DNA from: Acidobacteriota bacterium
Lineage (GTDB): Bacteria; Acidobacteriota; UBA6911; RPQK01; JAJDTT01
NCBI GenBank assembly: GCA_965263035.1
Contig: OZ253580.1
Span: 4,192,001-4,256,000, forward strand
DNA: 64,000 nucleotides
Direction: 5' to 3'
Made by a program: the position numbers and the translations under genes. The notes beneath the pieces were generated by a model, which saw only the letters and a list, made by a program, of their open reading frames with translations, was not told the DNA's origin and ran no database searches. How positions within the stretch are numbered: the stretch's first letter is position 1; every line of letters begins with the position of its first letter. Of the stretch, positions 30,045-40,459 are shown piece after piece.

Positions 30045-31895
30045 ATGAGAATCAAACCACCGTCCGCCACCCTGAAGCAGGCCCTGTCGACACTGTCGGT
30101 TCCTACCCTCAAACCGATGATGAATCTGCTGTCCATTCCCAAGCCGCGGCCGAGATTGAAGGCGGACATGGTGGAGGCGATCTCGCTCCGTCTGACTGGC
30201 AGGTCGTTGAGAGAATTGTGGGAGCGGCTTGACAAGACTCAGCAGTTGGCGGTGAAGGAAGCGCTCTATGGCCTGGAGGGCCGATTCGAGGCCAAGCGGT
30301 TTCGCGCCAAGTACGGAGTGTTGCCGAAGCGCATCGACAAAGGCGATACCACTGAGCCTACTCTGTTGCACCTGTTTCTCTATCCTCCGGACAGCTACCG
30401 GTATTTTGCACCGACCACCATCCCCAGAGACTTCGTGAAGCACCTCCGGGAGTTTGTGCCCGAGCCGGAGGAACCGACCGTTTCTGCGGTGGATGAAATT
30501 CCGGAATTCATCGATCGGCGCCGGATCGCCTTCGTTCCCAAGGGTCAGAAACCGCGATTCGACAGAGTGCTCCTGACTCGGCGCGCCATGGAGCAGCCTG
30601 CGGCTTACGACCTGTTCGCGGTGCTGCGTCTGGTCGATCAAGGCAAGATCTCCGTCAGCGCGAAAACGCGGCGCGCGTCGGCGGTTTCCGTGCGCCGCAT
30701 CGCGGAGGTGCTGCACGGCGGCGACTTCTTCGACCCGAACCAGAAGAAGAGGAAGAGCTGGGAACAGACGATTGGGCCGATCCGGGCATTCGCTTGGCCC
30801 TGGCTGGTGCAGGCCGGCAAGCTGGTCCAACGGCGCGGCTCCAAGCTGGTGTTGAACAAGGCCGGGCGCGCGGCCTTCACGGCCCCGCCCGCCGAGACGC
30901 TGCGGCGGATCTGGCAGTGGTGGCTGAAGAGCACGTTGTTGGACGAGTTCAGCCGCATGGAGGACATCAAGGGCCAGCACCGGGGGCGGGGCAAACGGAC
31001 GATGACTGCCGTGCGGCACCGCCGGCCCCTGATCGACGACGCGCTCGCCGAATGCCCCGTGGGGGATTGGGTCCAGGTGGACGAATTCTTCCGCTTCATG
31101 GAGGCGGCGGAACTGGACGTCAGCGTCACGCGGGATCCGTGGCGCCTCTACCTCGTTGAGATGCGGCACGGTAGCTTTGGCTTTGCCGGCAATCACGAGT
31201 GGAGTCTGCTCCAGGGACGCTATGTCCTGTGCTTGTTGCTCGAGTACGTGGCCACCCTGGGTTTGGTGGACGTCGCGTTCACCGACCCGCACGGGGCCCG
31301 GTGGGACTTCCGGCACATGTGGGGTGCGGACGATCTGGAATTCCTGAGCCGTTACGACGGGCTGGAGTATTTCCGGCTCAATCCCCTGGGCGCCTATTGT
31401 GTCGGCCAGACGGACGAATACGAGCCGGGCAGTCCGCCGATTCGAACCGCTCTGACTCTGTATACCGACCTGCGGGTCGAATCGGCGACACCGCTGCCGC
31501 CCGAGGAACTCGTGGTGCTGGAGACCTATGCCCGGGTCGAGTCCGACGGGGTCTGGCGACTGGATCTCACGCGCGCTCTCACGGCCGTCGAGAGCGGTCA
31601 GGACGTGACCCAGTTGAGGGAGTTTCTTGACGCGCGCGACGATCAGCCGCTGCCGGAGAAGGTCGAAGGCTTTATCCGAAGCGTCGAGCTCGGCGCGCGC
31701 GCCTTGAAGCGGAAGGGCCCGGCCCTGTTGATCGAGTGCGCGGACAAGGAGATCGCCGAACGGATTGCCGCCGACCGGCGGGCGGCCAAGTACTGCGTGC
31801 GCGCCGGTCCGCGCGGGCTCGTCGTTCCGGCAAGATCCGAAGCGGCCTTTCGGCGGGCCGCCCATGCCCTGGGGTACGCTCTTCCCGCGGGCTGA
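30045..31895 (+). CDS. Helicase-associated domain protein, paralog 2
   Basis: Colinear with 28143-29978 over its full length; shared CCTGAGCAATGAG start context. Confidence 0.65.
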   Translation: MRIKPPSATLKQALSTLSVPTLKPMMNLLSIPKPRPRLKADMVEAISLRLTGRSLRELWERLDKTQQLAVKEALYGLEGRFEAKRFRAKYGVLPKRIDKGDTTEPTLLHLFLYPPDSYRYFAPTTIPRDFVKHLREFVPEPEEPTVSAVDEIPEFIDRRRIAFVPKGQKPRFDRVLLTRRAMEQPAAYDLFAVLRLVDQGKISVSAKTRRASAVSVRRIAEVLHGGDFFDPNQKKRKSWEQTIGPIRAFAWPWLVQAGKLVQRRGSKLVLNKAGRAAFTAPPAETLRRIWQWWLKSTLLDEFSRMEDIKGQHRGRGKRTMTAVRHRRPLIDDALAECPVGDWVQVDEFFRFMEAAELDVSVTRDPWRLYLVEMRHGSFGFAGNHEWSLLQGRYVLCLLLEYVATLGLVDVAFTDPHGARWDFRHMWGADDLEFLSRYDGLEYFRLNPLGAYCVGQTDEYEPGSPPIRTALTLYTDLRVESATPLPPEELVVLETYARVESDGVWRLDLTRALTAVESGQDVTQLREFLDARDDQPLPEKVEGFIRSVELGARALKRKGPALLIECADKEIAERIAADRRAAKYCVRAGPRGLVVPARSEAAFRRAAHALGYALPAG

Positions 31896-32033
31896 AGTGC
31901 TCGTACCGGTTCACCTCTCAGTTCTTCCGACCCTGCTGTCTACAGCGTCTTGAGGCGATGCCGCGTCCGGTTCCGAGGACGCCCCTCCTCCCGGTGCACT
32001 GCGTGACCCGAGACGACGTGCGATACTCAAACC

Positions 32034-33647
32034 ATGCGTTTCTTCAACACCGCCGGCCCGGTGAACCCGGAAATGCACTACACCATCCCGCCCCTGGAGC
32101 GGCTCGACGTCGACGATTTCCTGATGCTCATACGGCAGTGGAAATACTTCGTCCTGCACGCGCCGCGTCAGACGGGCAAGACTTCGGCATTGCTGGCGTT
32201 GAGGGACGAGTTGAACCTCGGCGGCGAGTTCCGGTGCGCGTACGTCAACGTCGAAGGCGGCCAAGCGGCCCGGGAAAATGTCCGCGAGGGTGTGCGAGCG
32301 ATCCTCAGCGCCCTGGCGCGGGCGGCGCGCCACGCGCTGGACGACCTGTTCCTGGCTGAAGTTTGGCCGGAGATCCTAGAAACAGCGGGCCCCAACGACG
32401 CGCTGGGGGAGACGCTGGCCCGATGGTCCGAAGCCGACGCCAAGCCGCTCGTGCTCATGATCGACGAGATCGACGCGCTGGTGGGCGACACGCTGCTGTC
32501 GGTATTGCGTCAACTCCGGGCCGGTTACCCGGACCGCCCCCAGCGGTTTCCCCAGAGCGTGATTCTGTGCGGTGTGCGTGACGTGCGTGACTACCGAATT
32601 CGGTCCAGGGCCGAAAACGCCATCGTCGCCGGTGGCAGCGCATTCAACATTCGGGCCGAATCCCTGCGGCTCGGAGATTTCTTGCCACGCGAGGTCGAGT
32701 CCCTGTTGGCACAACATACCGGGGAGACGGACCAAGTGTTCACGGACGAGGGGCGGGACGAGATCTGGAGGTTGACGGAGGGCCAGCCATGGCTGGTGAA
32801 TGCGCTGGCTTACGAGGCCTGTTTCCGGAACAAGGCCGGTCGCGACCGCAGCCAGGCGATCACGGGCGATGCCATCCAGGACGCGCGCGAGCAATTGATC
32901 CTGCTTCGCGAGACCCATCTGGACCAGCTCACCGACAAGCTGCAGGAGGAGCGGGTGCGCCGGGTCGTTGAACCGCTCCTGAGGGGGTCCGGCGCGGTTG
33001 ACTTGATTCCAGCCGACGATCTGGCGTACGTGCGCGACCTGGGCCTGGTGACAAGAACCGGCCCCGTGGCCATCGCCAATCCCATCTACCGCGAAGTGAT
33101 CCCGCGCGATCTCACCTATACCACTCAGGAGATGTCGATCCATCACGATCCGGCCTGGTACGTCGATGAGGCCGGGGCGTTACGATCCGTCAAGCTGCTG
33201 GCCGCGTTCCAGCAGTTCTTCCGGGAGCACTCGGAGCACTGGGTTGAACGCTTTCAGTACAAGGAGGCCGGGCCGCAGCTGCTGCTGCAAGCGTTCCTGC
33301 AGCGTATCGTCAACAGCGGCGGGCGGATCGAGCGCGAGTACGGCCTGGGCCGGAGGCGGACGGATCTGTTGATCCTGTCACCAGTTGCAGGGCGTGCCAG
33401 CGAGGCGCAATCCGGAACGGACCGGCAGATGCAGAAGGTGGTCGTCGAATGCAAAGTGCTGCATCGAGGCCTTGATGAAACGCTCCGCGAAGGCTTGGTG
33501 CAGACGCGCGCCTACATGGATCGATGCGCCGCATCGGAGGGACACCTCGTGATCTTCGACCGCGATGAGGGGAGGTCGTGGGAAGATAAGATCTATCGCT
33601 GCGACGAAACGGCGGGCGGGGCCACGGTGACCGTATGGGGAATGTGA
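32034..33647 (+). CDS. AAA-like ATPase with C-terminal PD-(D/E)xK nuclease-like domain
   Basis: MRFFNTAGP, HAPRQTGKTS Walker A, LMIDEID Walker B, REYGLGRRRTDL...VVECK. Confidence 0.85.
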   Translation: MRFFNTAGPVNPEMHYTIPPLERLDVDDFLMLIRQWKYFVLHAPRQTGKTSALLALRDELNLGGEFRCAYVNVEGGQAARENVREGVRAILSALARAARHALDDLFLAEVWPEILETAGPNDALGETLARWSEADAKPLVLMIDEIDALVGDTLLSVLRQLRAGYPDRPQRFPQSVILCGVRDVRDYRIRSRAENAIVAGGSAFNIRAESLRLGDFLPREVESLLAQHTGETDQVFTDEGRDEIWRLTEGQPWLVNALAYEACFRNKAGRDRSQAITGDAIQDAREQLILLRETHLDQLTDKLQEERVRRVVEPLLRGSGAVDLIPADDLAYVRDLGLVTRTGPVAIANPIYREVIPRDLTYTTQEMSIHHDPAWYVDEAGALRSVKLLAAFQQFFREHSEHWVERFQYKEAGPQLLLQAFLQRIVNSGGRIEREYGLGRRRTDLLILSPVAGRASEAQSGTDRQMQKVVVECKVLHRGLDETLREGLVQTRAYMDRCAASEGHLVIFDRDEGRSWEDKIYRCDETAGGATVTVWGM

Positions 33648-33722
33648 GGCTATTCAAGAGCCCGTGTTGAGAGGCGCCGGCACGCGACGTGGCGGGACGC
33701 AACGGTGAACTGAGAAGAGAAG

Positions 33723-34913
33723 ATGACACCCGGACGAGACCCGAATCCCAGGATGAACCTCCATCCCGGGTTGAGTTTCAGCCAGGATGAATACTTGCGA
33801 CGTTACCGGCTGGTGATGGACGGTATCCGCAAGGCCGGAGTGGACGCCCTGCTGGTCCGGGGTCCGGAGAACATCACTTATCTCACCGGCTACGAGACTC
33901 CCGGCTACTACGGTTACCACTGTCTGATCCTGGTCCCGGGAGAGTCGCCGGTCCTGGTGGGGCGCAGGTTGGAGGTGGGGACCAACGTCCCCGAATTCTC
34001 CTGGTTGACCGAGGTCGCGCCGGTGGAAGACCACGAAGTGCCGGTGGAGGTCACCATCCGGACCCTTTCCGGCATGGGCTTGGCGCGGAAGCGACTTGGA
34101 ATCGAATCGGATAGCTGGTTTCTGACCGTCAACGAGCATAAAGCCCTGGCCGGTGCGTTGCCTCATGCCACGCTGGTCGACTGCTCCAGCGTCATCGAGG
34201 AGGCGCGGATGATCAAGTCCGCCGAGGAAGTGGACGTGATCCGTCAGGCCGTGGCCATCGCCGATCGCGCCTGTCTCGCCGGGATCCGCGCCACCCGACC
34301 CGGCACCACCGAGGACCGGATCGCGGCGGCGGTCTACAAGGAATGGTGCGAAGCCGGCGCCGAGTACACCGGTCTGCCCAACTTCATCGTCTCGGGACCC
34401 CGTTCCGGCGCCTGCCACGCCACTTGGCGGGGCAGGCGGCTGGAAGACGACGACCATTGCTGTTTCGAAATCGCGGCTTCCAAGCATCGCTATTGCGGAG
34501 CGATTTTTCGGGTCGCCACCGTGGGCCGGGTGAATTCCCGGCTGCGCCGGCTTTCGGACGCGCAGAACCAGGCCATCCGGGAAGTGATCGCCGCCATTCG
34601 GCCGGGAGCCGTCTCGGAAGCGGTGGACCAGGTGGGACGGGACGTCATTGCCAAGGCGGGGTTCGGCAAGTGGCATGTGAGCCGGCTGGGCTATTCCATC
34701 GGCATCAACTATCCCCCCGACTGGGGTGAGGGGCAGATCATCAGCATCCGGCAGGGAGAGAAACGGCGCCTCCAGGAGAATATGACCTTCCACCTGGTGG
34801 CCGGTGTCCTCATTCCCGGCGAGTTCGGCTGCGGGGCCAGTGCCTCGGTGCGGGTCACCGGCACCGGCTGCGAGGTGCTGACCTCGCTGCCACTTCAACT
34901 GTTCGAGAACTGA
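33723..34913 (+). CDS. M24 (Xaa-Pro peptidase/creatinase) family, ectoine hydrolase DoeA/EutD-like
   Basis: ENITYLTGY, RMIKSAEE, GYSIGINYPPDWGEG, LQENMTFH. Confidence 0.75.
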   Translation: MTPGRDPNPRMNLHPGLSFSQDEYLRRYRLVMDGIRKAGVDALLVRGPENITYLTGYETPGYYGYHCLILVPGESPVLVGRRLEVGTNVPEFSWLTEVAPVEDHEVPVEVTIRTLSGMGLARKRLGIESDSWFLTVNEHKALAGALPHATLVDCSSVIEEARMIKSAEEVDVIRQAVAIADRACLAGIRATRPGTTEDRIAAAVYKEWCEAGAEYTGLPNFIVSGPRSGACHATWRGRRLEDDDHCCFEIAASKHRYCGAIFRVATVGRVNSRLRRLSDAQNQAIREVIAAIRPGAVSEAVDQVGRDVIAKAGFGKWHVSRLGYSIGINYPPDWGEGQIISIRQGEKRRLQENMTFHLVAGVLIPGEFGCGASASVRVTGTGCEVLTSLPLQLFEN

Positions 34914-34939
34914 CCGGAAACGGACGTTTCCGGCGGCCG

Positions 34940-36223
34940 TCACCGATTCTGAATGGTCTTGTCCGCGGGCTGGTACCGGTTGCCCAGGTTCCGCCACTCC
35001 AATTGGAAGAACTTGAAGGGTTTGTCGCCCAGGACCTTGTAACCGTGCTTGGCGTAGCGGGGGCAGAAGATCACGTCCCCGGGGCCGACCTCCCGCTCGA
35101 ACTCGCCCACCTCCCAGAGGGCTCTGCCCGAGACCACGATCTCCGCCTGCTCCATGTCGGGATGGTAGTGCACCGGCGTGTAGCCGCCGGGGTCGTACTG
35201 GACCAGGGCGATGATGGCGGCTTCCGAGTTTTTGCCTGGAAGCACGAAGCCCACCTGGGAGATCCCGAAATGGCCTCCCGCCCGCTCCGGGCTCAGCTTG
35301 ATCAGGGGCGTCTGCTTCTCCGAAAGGACGAAGCCCACGGTCCGGGCCAGGACCAGATCGGACGCGCCCTTCCCGTCCAGGTCGATTCCCCCCTTGGGCC
35401 TCGCCCTCCAGTTGAAGTCGACCATCACGAATTCGAAGCGGAGCACCCCGTCGGGTCCGGGTCCCGCGTTGGCCACCAGCAGCTCGCCGTCCCGGGTGAA
35501 TTCCAGTCCGCGGGGAACCCGAAGTCCGGGGTGGGTCAATGTCCCATTGGCAACCAGCCTGCCGTCCTGGATTCGAAGCCGGTGAATGGTCGGTTGGGAC
35601 TCGTCGGAGACGAAGGCCTCACCCCAGGGGCTCACCGTGGCGGCCGTCAGCCGGCTTCCCGGCAGGGCCAGTGCTTCCTTCGCGTCCGGAGTGTCCGCGT
35701 CGTCCCCGGAGAGCAGGTCGATCCGGTCCACGGCTACTCCGAAAGCGGCGTCGTGCAGGACGAAGAGGTCCCGGTAGCGGGACCCGGCGGCCTCCTGCAC
35801 CCGGGCGAGACTATGGCGGTCGCGGTAGTGACCGCCGCCGGTCTCGGAGTACAGTCGGCTGCCGCTGCGAAAATTCTGTTCAGTGTCGGTCTTCTCCAGC
35901 CGCCTGCCCCCAGGATCGGTGGCCTGCCCCGGGCTGCCGTCGTATTTCGTCAGACCGTCTGAACGGCGATACAGCAAGCGAGCCGTCTGACGCTTTTGCT
36001 CGTCGTAAGTGACCAGGATGTTTCCGTCCCGCATTTCCAGCGACTGCGCCGGAAAGACGCCGGGCAGGTCCCGGTCCCGATAGGTCCGGACCCGCCGCGC
36101 GTTGCCTTCGTCGTCGATGTCGACCTCCAGGATGGCTTCTTCCCCCTGAAGCACGAAGAGGCGGTTCTCGGCCCGGCAGGTGAGGGGACACAACAGAAAA
36201 AGGCAGACGAAGACACTCCTCAT
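34940..36223 (-). CDS. Secreted protein with propeller-like N-terminus and C-terminal cupin
   Basis: Signal peptide; PVHYHPDMEQAEIVVSG...VGPGDVIFCP..KHG cupin motif. Confidence 0.65.
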   Translation of the reverse strand: MRSVFVCLFLLCPLTCRAENRLFVLQGEEAILEVDIDDEGNARRVRTYRDRDLPGVFPAQSLEMRDGNILVTYDEQKRQTARLLYRRSDGLTKYDGSPGQATDPGGRRLEKTDTEQNFRSGSRLYSETGGGHYRDRHSLARVQEAAGSRYRDLFVLHDAAFGVAVDRIDLLSGDDADTPDAKEALALPGSRLTAATVSPWGEAFVSDESQPTIHRLRIQDGRLVANGTLTHPGLRVPRGLEFTRDGELLVANAGPGPDGVLRFEFVMVDFNWRARPKGGIDLDGKGASDLVLARTVGFVLSEKQTPLIKLSPERAGGHFGISQVGFVLPGKNSEAAIIALVQYDPGGYTPVHYHPDMEQAEIVVSGRALWEVGEFEREVGPGDVIFCPRYAKHGYKVLGDKPFKFFQLEWRNLGNRYQPADKTIQNR

Positions 36224-36254
36224 GGTTTCCTCCTGGAGACGGCGGCGGGTCGGG

Positions 36255-37595
36255 CTAACCCAGGACCTCGCCCACGGACTCGGTCATGATCTCGACGACA
36301 CGATCCATTTGGGACCGGCTGATGATCACGGGCGGAGCCAGGCAGAAGACGTCCTGCCTCAGGCGGCTGAAGAGACCCCGCTCCTGGGCCGCCTGGTGAA
36401 CCCGGATCCCCACCTTCTCGGCCGCGGGAAACTCGGCTTTGGTCTCCTTGTCCTGGACCAGCTCGATTCCGATCATGAGACCCAGCCCGCGAATCTCTCC
36501 CACGTGGGGATGGTCTCCCAGAGCCGACTGGAGTCCGTCCAGCAGATAGCGCCCCTTCTCGGCGGCCTGAGTCGGGAAGTCTTCTCCCTCGATGATGTCC
36601 AGGTTGGCCAGAGCGACGGCGCAACCGACGGGATGGGCGCTGTAGGTGTAGGCGTGCATCCAGGTCGCCTTGCCCTCGTCCATGACCTGGGCGATACGCT
36701 CGCTGACGCCGATCCCTCCCAGAGGAAAGTAACCGGAGGTCACGGCCTTGGCGAACTGGATCATGTCCGGCTCGATGCCCCAGTGCTCCAGGCCGAACAT
36801 GCGCCCGGTCCGCCCGAAGCCGGTGATCACCTCGTCGGAGACCAGAAGCACCTCGTACTGGTCGCAGATTTCCCGGATGCGCTGGAAATAGCCGTCGGGC
36901 GGCACGATGACGCCGCCGGCGCCCTGGACCGGTTCGGCCAGGAACATGGCTACCGTGTCCGGACCCTCACGGAGGATGGCCTGCTCCAGTTCATCGGCCG
37001 CGGCCACGGCGGGGTCGGCGCCGGCCGGGGCCTCATAGCGGTAGGGATAGGGGGACGGGATGTGGATGAAGCCGGGCACGCGGGGCTCGAACATGGACCA
37101 ATAGGCGGTGATCCCGGTGGCGCTCATGGCGGCCAGCGTGACCCCATGGTATCCCCACTGCCTCGAAATCACCTTGGTCTTATTGGGGTATCCCAGAAGT
37201 TTCCAGTAATAGCGGGACGTCTTGACGCAGCTTTCCGTCGACTCGCCGCCCCCCGAGGTGAAGAAGAACCGGGAGATGCTGGGATAGGTGAGATCCGAGA
37301 TCCGCTGTGCCAGCCGGATGGCCGGCGGGTTGGAACTTCCGGCGTAGCCGGAGCAGTAACCCAGTTGCTCCATCTGCCCGGAGGCGGCCCGGGCCAGCTC
37401 CAGCCGCCCGTGACCCGCCACCACGTTCCACAACCCGGCCAGGCCGTCGATGTATTCCCGGCCGTCGGCGTCGGTGAGAACCGCCCCATCTCCGCTGATC
37501 CAGACATGCCCCTTCTCCTGGAGGTTCCGGTCGTGCAGGGGATGGATCAGATGGGCTCGGTCCCGCGTCAGAAGTTCAGTCTTGGTGCTTGTCAT
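36255..37595 (-). CDS. Class III (omega) aminotransferase
   Basis: YIDGLAGLWNVVAGHG, YHG, AEPVQGAGG, DEVITGFGRTG, AKAVTSGY; likely start MTSTKT. Confidence 0.92.
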   Translation of the reverse strand: MTSTKTELLTRDRAHLIHPLHDRNLQEKGHVWISGDGAVLTDADGREYIDGLAGLWNVVAGHGRLELARAASGQMEQLGYCSGYAGSSNPPAIRLAQRISDLTYPSISRFFFTSGGGESTESCVKTSRYYWKLLGYPNKTKVISRQWGYHGVTLAAMSATGITAYWSMFEPRVPGFIHIPSPYPYRYEAPAGADPAVAAADELEQAILREGPDTVAMFLAEPVQGAGGVIVPPDGYFQRIREICDQYEVLLVSDEVITGFGRTGRMFGLEHWGIEPDMIQFAKAVTSGYFPLGGIGVSERIAQVMDEGKATWMHAYTYSAHPVGCAVALANLDIIEGEDFPTQAAEKGRYLLDGLQSALGDHPHVGEIRGLGLMIGIELVQDKETKAEFPAAEKVGIRVHQAAQERGLFSRLRQDVFCLAPPVIISRSQMDRVVEIMTESVGEVLG

Positions 37596-37621
37596 GAAAG
37601 GTTCTCCAGATAGTGTTCGTC

Positions 37622-38758
37622 TCAATCGGGGACTCCGCACCATTGGCGGATCATCTGTGTGAAGAGTCGGGTCCCCTTCTCGATCTGGTCCAACAGGATC
37701 CACTCGTCGTGCGTATGAGCCTGGGCGATGTCCCCCGGGCCCATCACCACCAATCGCTCCAGCTCCGTCAGCATGGCGCCGTCGGTGCCGAAGGCGACGG
37801 TCCGGGGGCGCCGCCGTCCAGCCAACTCCAGCGCCTCCCGAACGTAGTCCGAGTCGGGATCCATGTAGATGGGTTTGCCCGTCCAGAGGGGGTTGAACTC
37901 GATCCCGCACTCCAGGGCCTTGTCGTGAGCCCGCTGCATCAGGCCGTCGGCATCCATGCCGGCCATGGGACGGAAGTAGACGGTGCAGATGCTCTGGGCC
38001 GCCTTCATGTTCACCACCCGGGTGTGGTCGTTGATTCCGATGTTCCAGCTGATCCCCGGCGGGTCGAACTCGTGGTTCTGCCACTCGGGCGCCTCCTCCG
38101 TCTCGTCGTGGATGCGCTTCATCTCAGAGAGGAAGGGAATCATGGCCAGATTGGCGTTGAGACCCTCCCGGCTGCTGGAGTGGGCCGCCTTTCCATGGGA
38201 GGTGGCGATGAACCCGTACGTGCCCTTGTGGGCATGGACCACCTCCAGCATGGTCGGCTCGCCGATGACGCCGCGGGTTCCCCCGGTGACCATTTCGCGG
38301 AAGAATCGGGACTCGCGGGCCACGGCGGCCGCCCCGCCGTAGCCGATCTCCTCGTCTGACGTCAGGGTGATGTAGAGCGGCTCACGCAAGCGGGCACCCG
38401 AGAGCCGGCTCGCGGCCGCGAGCATGCAGGAAATGGATCCCTTCATGTCGCATGAGCCGCGCCCGTAGAGCCGGTCCCCCTTGATGGTCGGCTCGAAGGG
38501 TCCGTGCTCGTCGCTGAACCAGGTGTCGGCGGGGACCGTGTCGGTGTGGCCGAAATAGGCCATGCCGCCTTGACCCTCTCCTCGCTTGCCCACGATGCTG
38601 GCTTTGCGGACCCCTTGGGCGTCATCATACTCGATCCGCTCGGTTTCGAAACCCAGGTGCTCCAGTGCCTCTTCCACGTAGTCGGCCGCCGGCAGGTTGG
38701 AACGGCTGCTGGTGGTGTTCATGGGAACCAGGTCATGCAGATAGCCGAGGGCATCCAT
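37622..38758 (-). CDS. M20 peptidase, acetylornithine deacetylase (ArgE)-like
   Basis: GHTDTVP, LYGRGSCDMKG, SDEEIG, IGEPT, GKAAHSS, GPGDIAQAHT.DE. Confidence 0.88.
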   Translation of the reverse strand: MDALGYLHDLVPMNTTSSRSNLPAADYVEEALEHLGFETERIEYDDAQGVRKASIVGKRGEGQGGMAYFGHTDTVPADTWFSDEHGPFEPTIKGDRLYGRGSCDMKGSISCMLAAASRLSGARLREPLYITLTSDEEIGYGGAAAVARESRFFREMVTGGTRGVIGEPTMLEVVHAHKGTYGFIATSHGKAAHSSSREGLNANLAMIPFLSEMKRIHDETEEAPEWQNHEFDPPGISWNIGINDHTRVVNMKAAQSICTVYFRPMAGMDADGLMQRAHDKALECGIEFNPLWTGKPIYMDPDSDYVREALELAGRRRPRTVAFGTDGAMLTELERLVVMGPGDIAQAHTHDEWILLDQIEKGTRLFTQMIRQWCGVPD

Positions 38759-38886
38759 GGGCTCGCTTCTCCTTATCATTTGGTCCCGTTTATACCACCG
38801 GTTCCGGCGCCGGGGGAATCGGTGCCCACGTGTTATTGTTGCCCCTCCGGTGATTTAATCGGCGCGAACCGGAATTAGGAGGGATC

Positions 38887-40431
38887 GTGAGAAGACTGAG
38901 TTTGTGCACACTGGGGACGATCTGGCTTGCGGGGCTGCTCTCGCTTTCATTGTCTGCCGGGTCTCACGACGACGTCCGGAATGTCGGGTCGCGTCTGGAG
39001 CTCTTCGTCGACGACTGGCTGATCGCGCGCATGGACAATCTGCGCCTAGCCCTGCACCGGCCGCGCCCGGCCGAGGTGGCTATCGATTTCGACCGGCCCT
39101 GGGAAGGAGAGTACTCGGCCTACGTGACCGTGTTCCAGGACGGCGACCGGTACCGCATGTACTACCGGGGGGTGGGGAGCGCCGAAGACGCCAAGCAGGT
39201 CTACTGCTACGCCGAGAGCCGCGACGGTGTCCACTGGACCCGGCCCTCTCTCGGTCTGCACTCCCACAATGGCTCCACCGACAACAACATCATCTGGACG
39301 GGCAAGGGATCGCACAACTTCGCCCCCTTCAAGGACTCCAACCCCGACACCCCGGCCCCGGAGCGCTACAAGGCGCTGGGCGGAGGGCCGCTCTTGGCCT
39401 TCGTCTCTGCCGACGGCCTGAACTGGAGCCAGGTCCGGGAGGAGCCGGTCATCAGTGACGGCGCCTTCGACTCGCAGAACCTGGCGTTCTGGGACCCCGG
39501 AAGAAAAAAGTATGTGGCCTTCTACCGGGACTTCATCCGCCCCGTCGGAGACGCGTGGAAGTACTCGGGCGTTCGGGCCATCAAGACGGCGACCTCCACC
39601 GATTTCCTCGACTGGACCGAGGGCAGGTACCTGGACTACGAGGATGCGCCCCTGGAGCATTTCTACACCAACGCCATTACGCCCTATCCCCGGGCGCCAC
39701 ACATCTACCTGGGCTTTCCCAAGCGCTTCGTGCCCACCCGGATCGTCCGGGAAACGGATGAGACCCTGTTTCAGAACTATTGGGAGGAACTGCACGAGTC
39801 CGGAAACGAGGAAGGGCTCGAACGGAACCGGAAGCGGGCCCAGGCGGCGGGTCAGCCGCTGGAGGAGTGGTACCGAATCGCCCTCTTCGGGGGTGTCTCG
39901 GATGCGGTCCTCATCAGCAGCCGTGACGGGTACCGCTTCCAGCGCACCTTTCGGGAGGGATTCGTCCGGGCCGGCCTGGACCAGGGGAACTGGGGGCATC
40001 GAAACAACATGACGGCCTGGGGAATCCTTCAGACGGGCTCCGAAGAGCTCTCCATCTACCTGGGGGAGCACTACGAATTGCCCACCTGCCGGCTACGTCG
40101 CCACACCCTGAGGTTGGATGGTTTTGGGTCCGTCCACGCAGACTTCGGGGGCGGCAGCCTTCTGACTCATCCTCTCACTTTCGACGGCAAGGAACTGGTC
40201 CTCAACTACTCGACGTCGGCGGTCGGCTACGTGAAGGTAGGTCTGCAGGATGAGCTGGGTAGACCCGTTCCGGGCCTGAGCCTGAACGAATGTCCCGAGA
40301 TCTACGGTGACGAGATCGAGCGGGTGGTCCGGTGGAACGGAGACGGCGACCTGGGCGCCCGGGCCGGCAAGAAGGTCCGCCTCGTATTCGAGATGAAGGA
40401 CGCCGACCTCTATTCGATTCGCTTCAGGTAG
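38887..40431 (+). CDS. Secreted five-bladed propeller glycoside hydrolase-like protein
   Basis: Signal peptide; ELFVDD, YAESRDGVHW.RP.LG, FDSQNLAFWD, LRLDGF, C-terminal beta-sandwich ending DADLYSIRF. Confidence 0.7.
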   Translation: MRRLSLCTLGTIWLAGLLSLSLSAGSHDDVRNVGSRLELFVDDWLIARMDNLRLALHRPRPAEVAIDFDRPWEGEYSAYVTVFQDGDRYRMYYRGVGSAEDAKQVYCYAESRDGVHWTRPSLGLHSHNGSTDNNIIWTGKGSHNFAPFKDSNPDTPAPERYKALGGGPLLAFVSADGLNWSQVREEPVISDGAFDSQNLAFWDPGRKKYVAFYRDFIRPVGDAWKYSGVRAIKTATSTDFLDWTEGRYLDYEDAPLEHFYTNAITPYPRAPHIYLGFPKRFVPTRIVRETDETLFQNYWEELHESGNEEGLERNRKRAQAAGQPLEEWYRIALFGGVSDAVLISSRDGYRFQRTFREGFVRAGLDQGNWGHRNNMTAWGILQTGSEELSIYLGEHYELPTCRLRRHTLRLDGFGSVHADFGGGSLLTHPLTFDGKELVLNYSTSAVGYVKVGLQDELGRPVPGLSLNECPEIYGDEIERVVRWNGDGDLGARAGKKVRLVFEMKDADLYSIRFR

Positions 40432-40459
40432 CGCCGAGCGCGGAAAGGAGTCACGCGGG

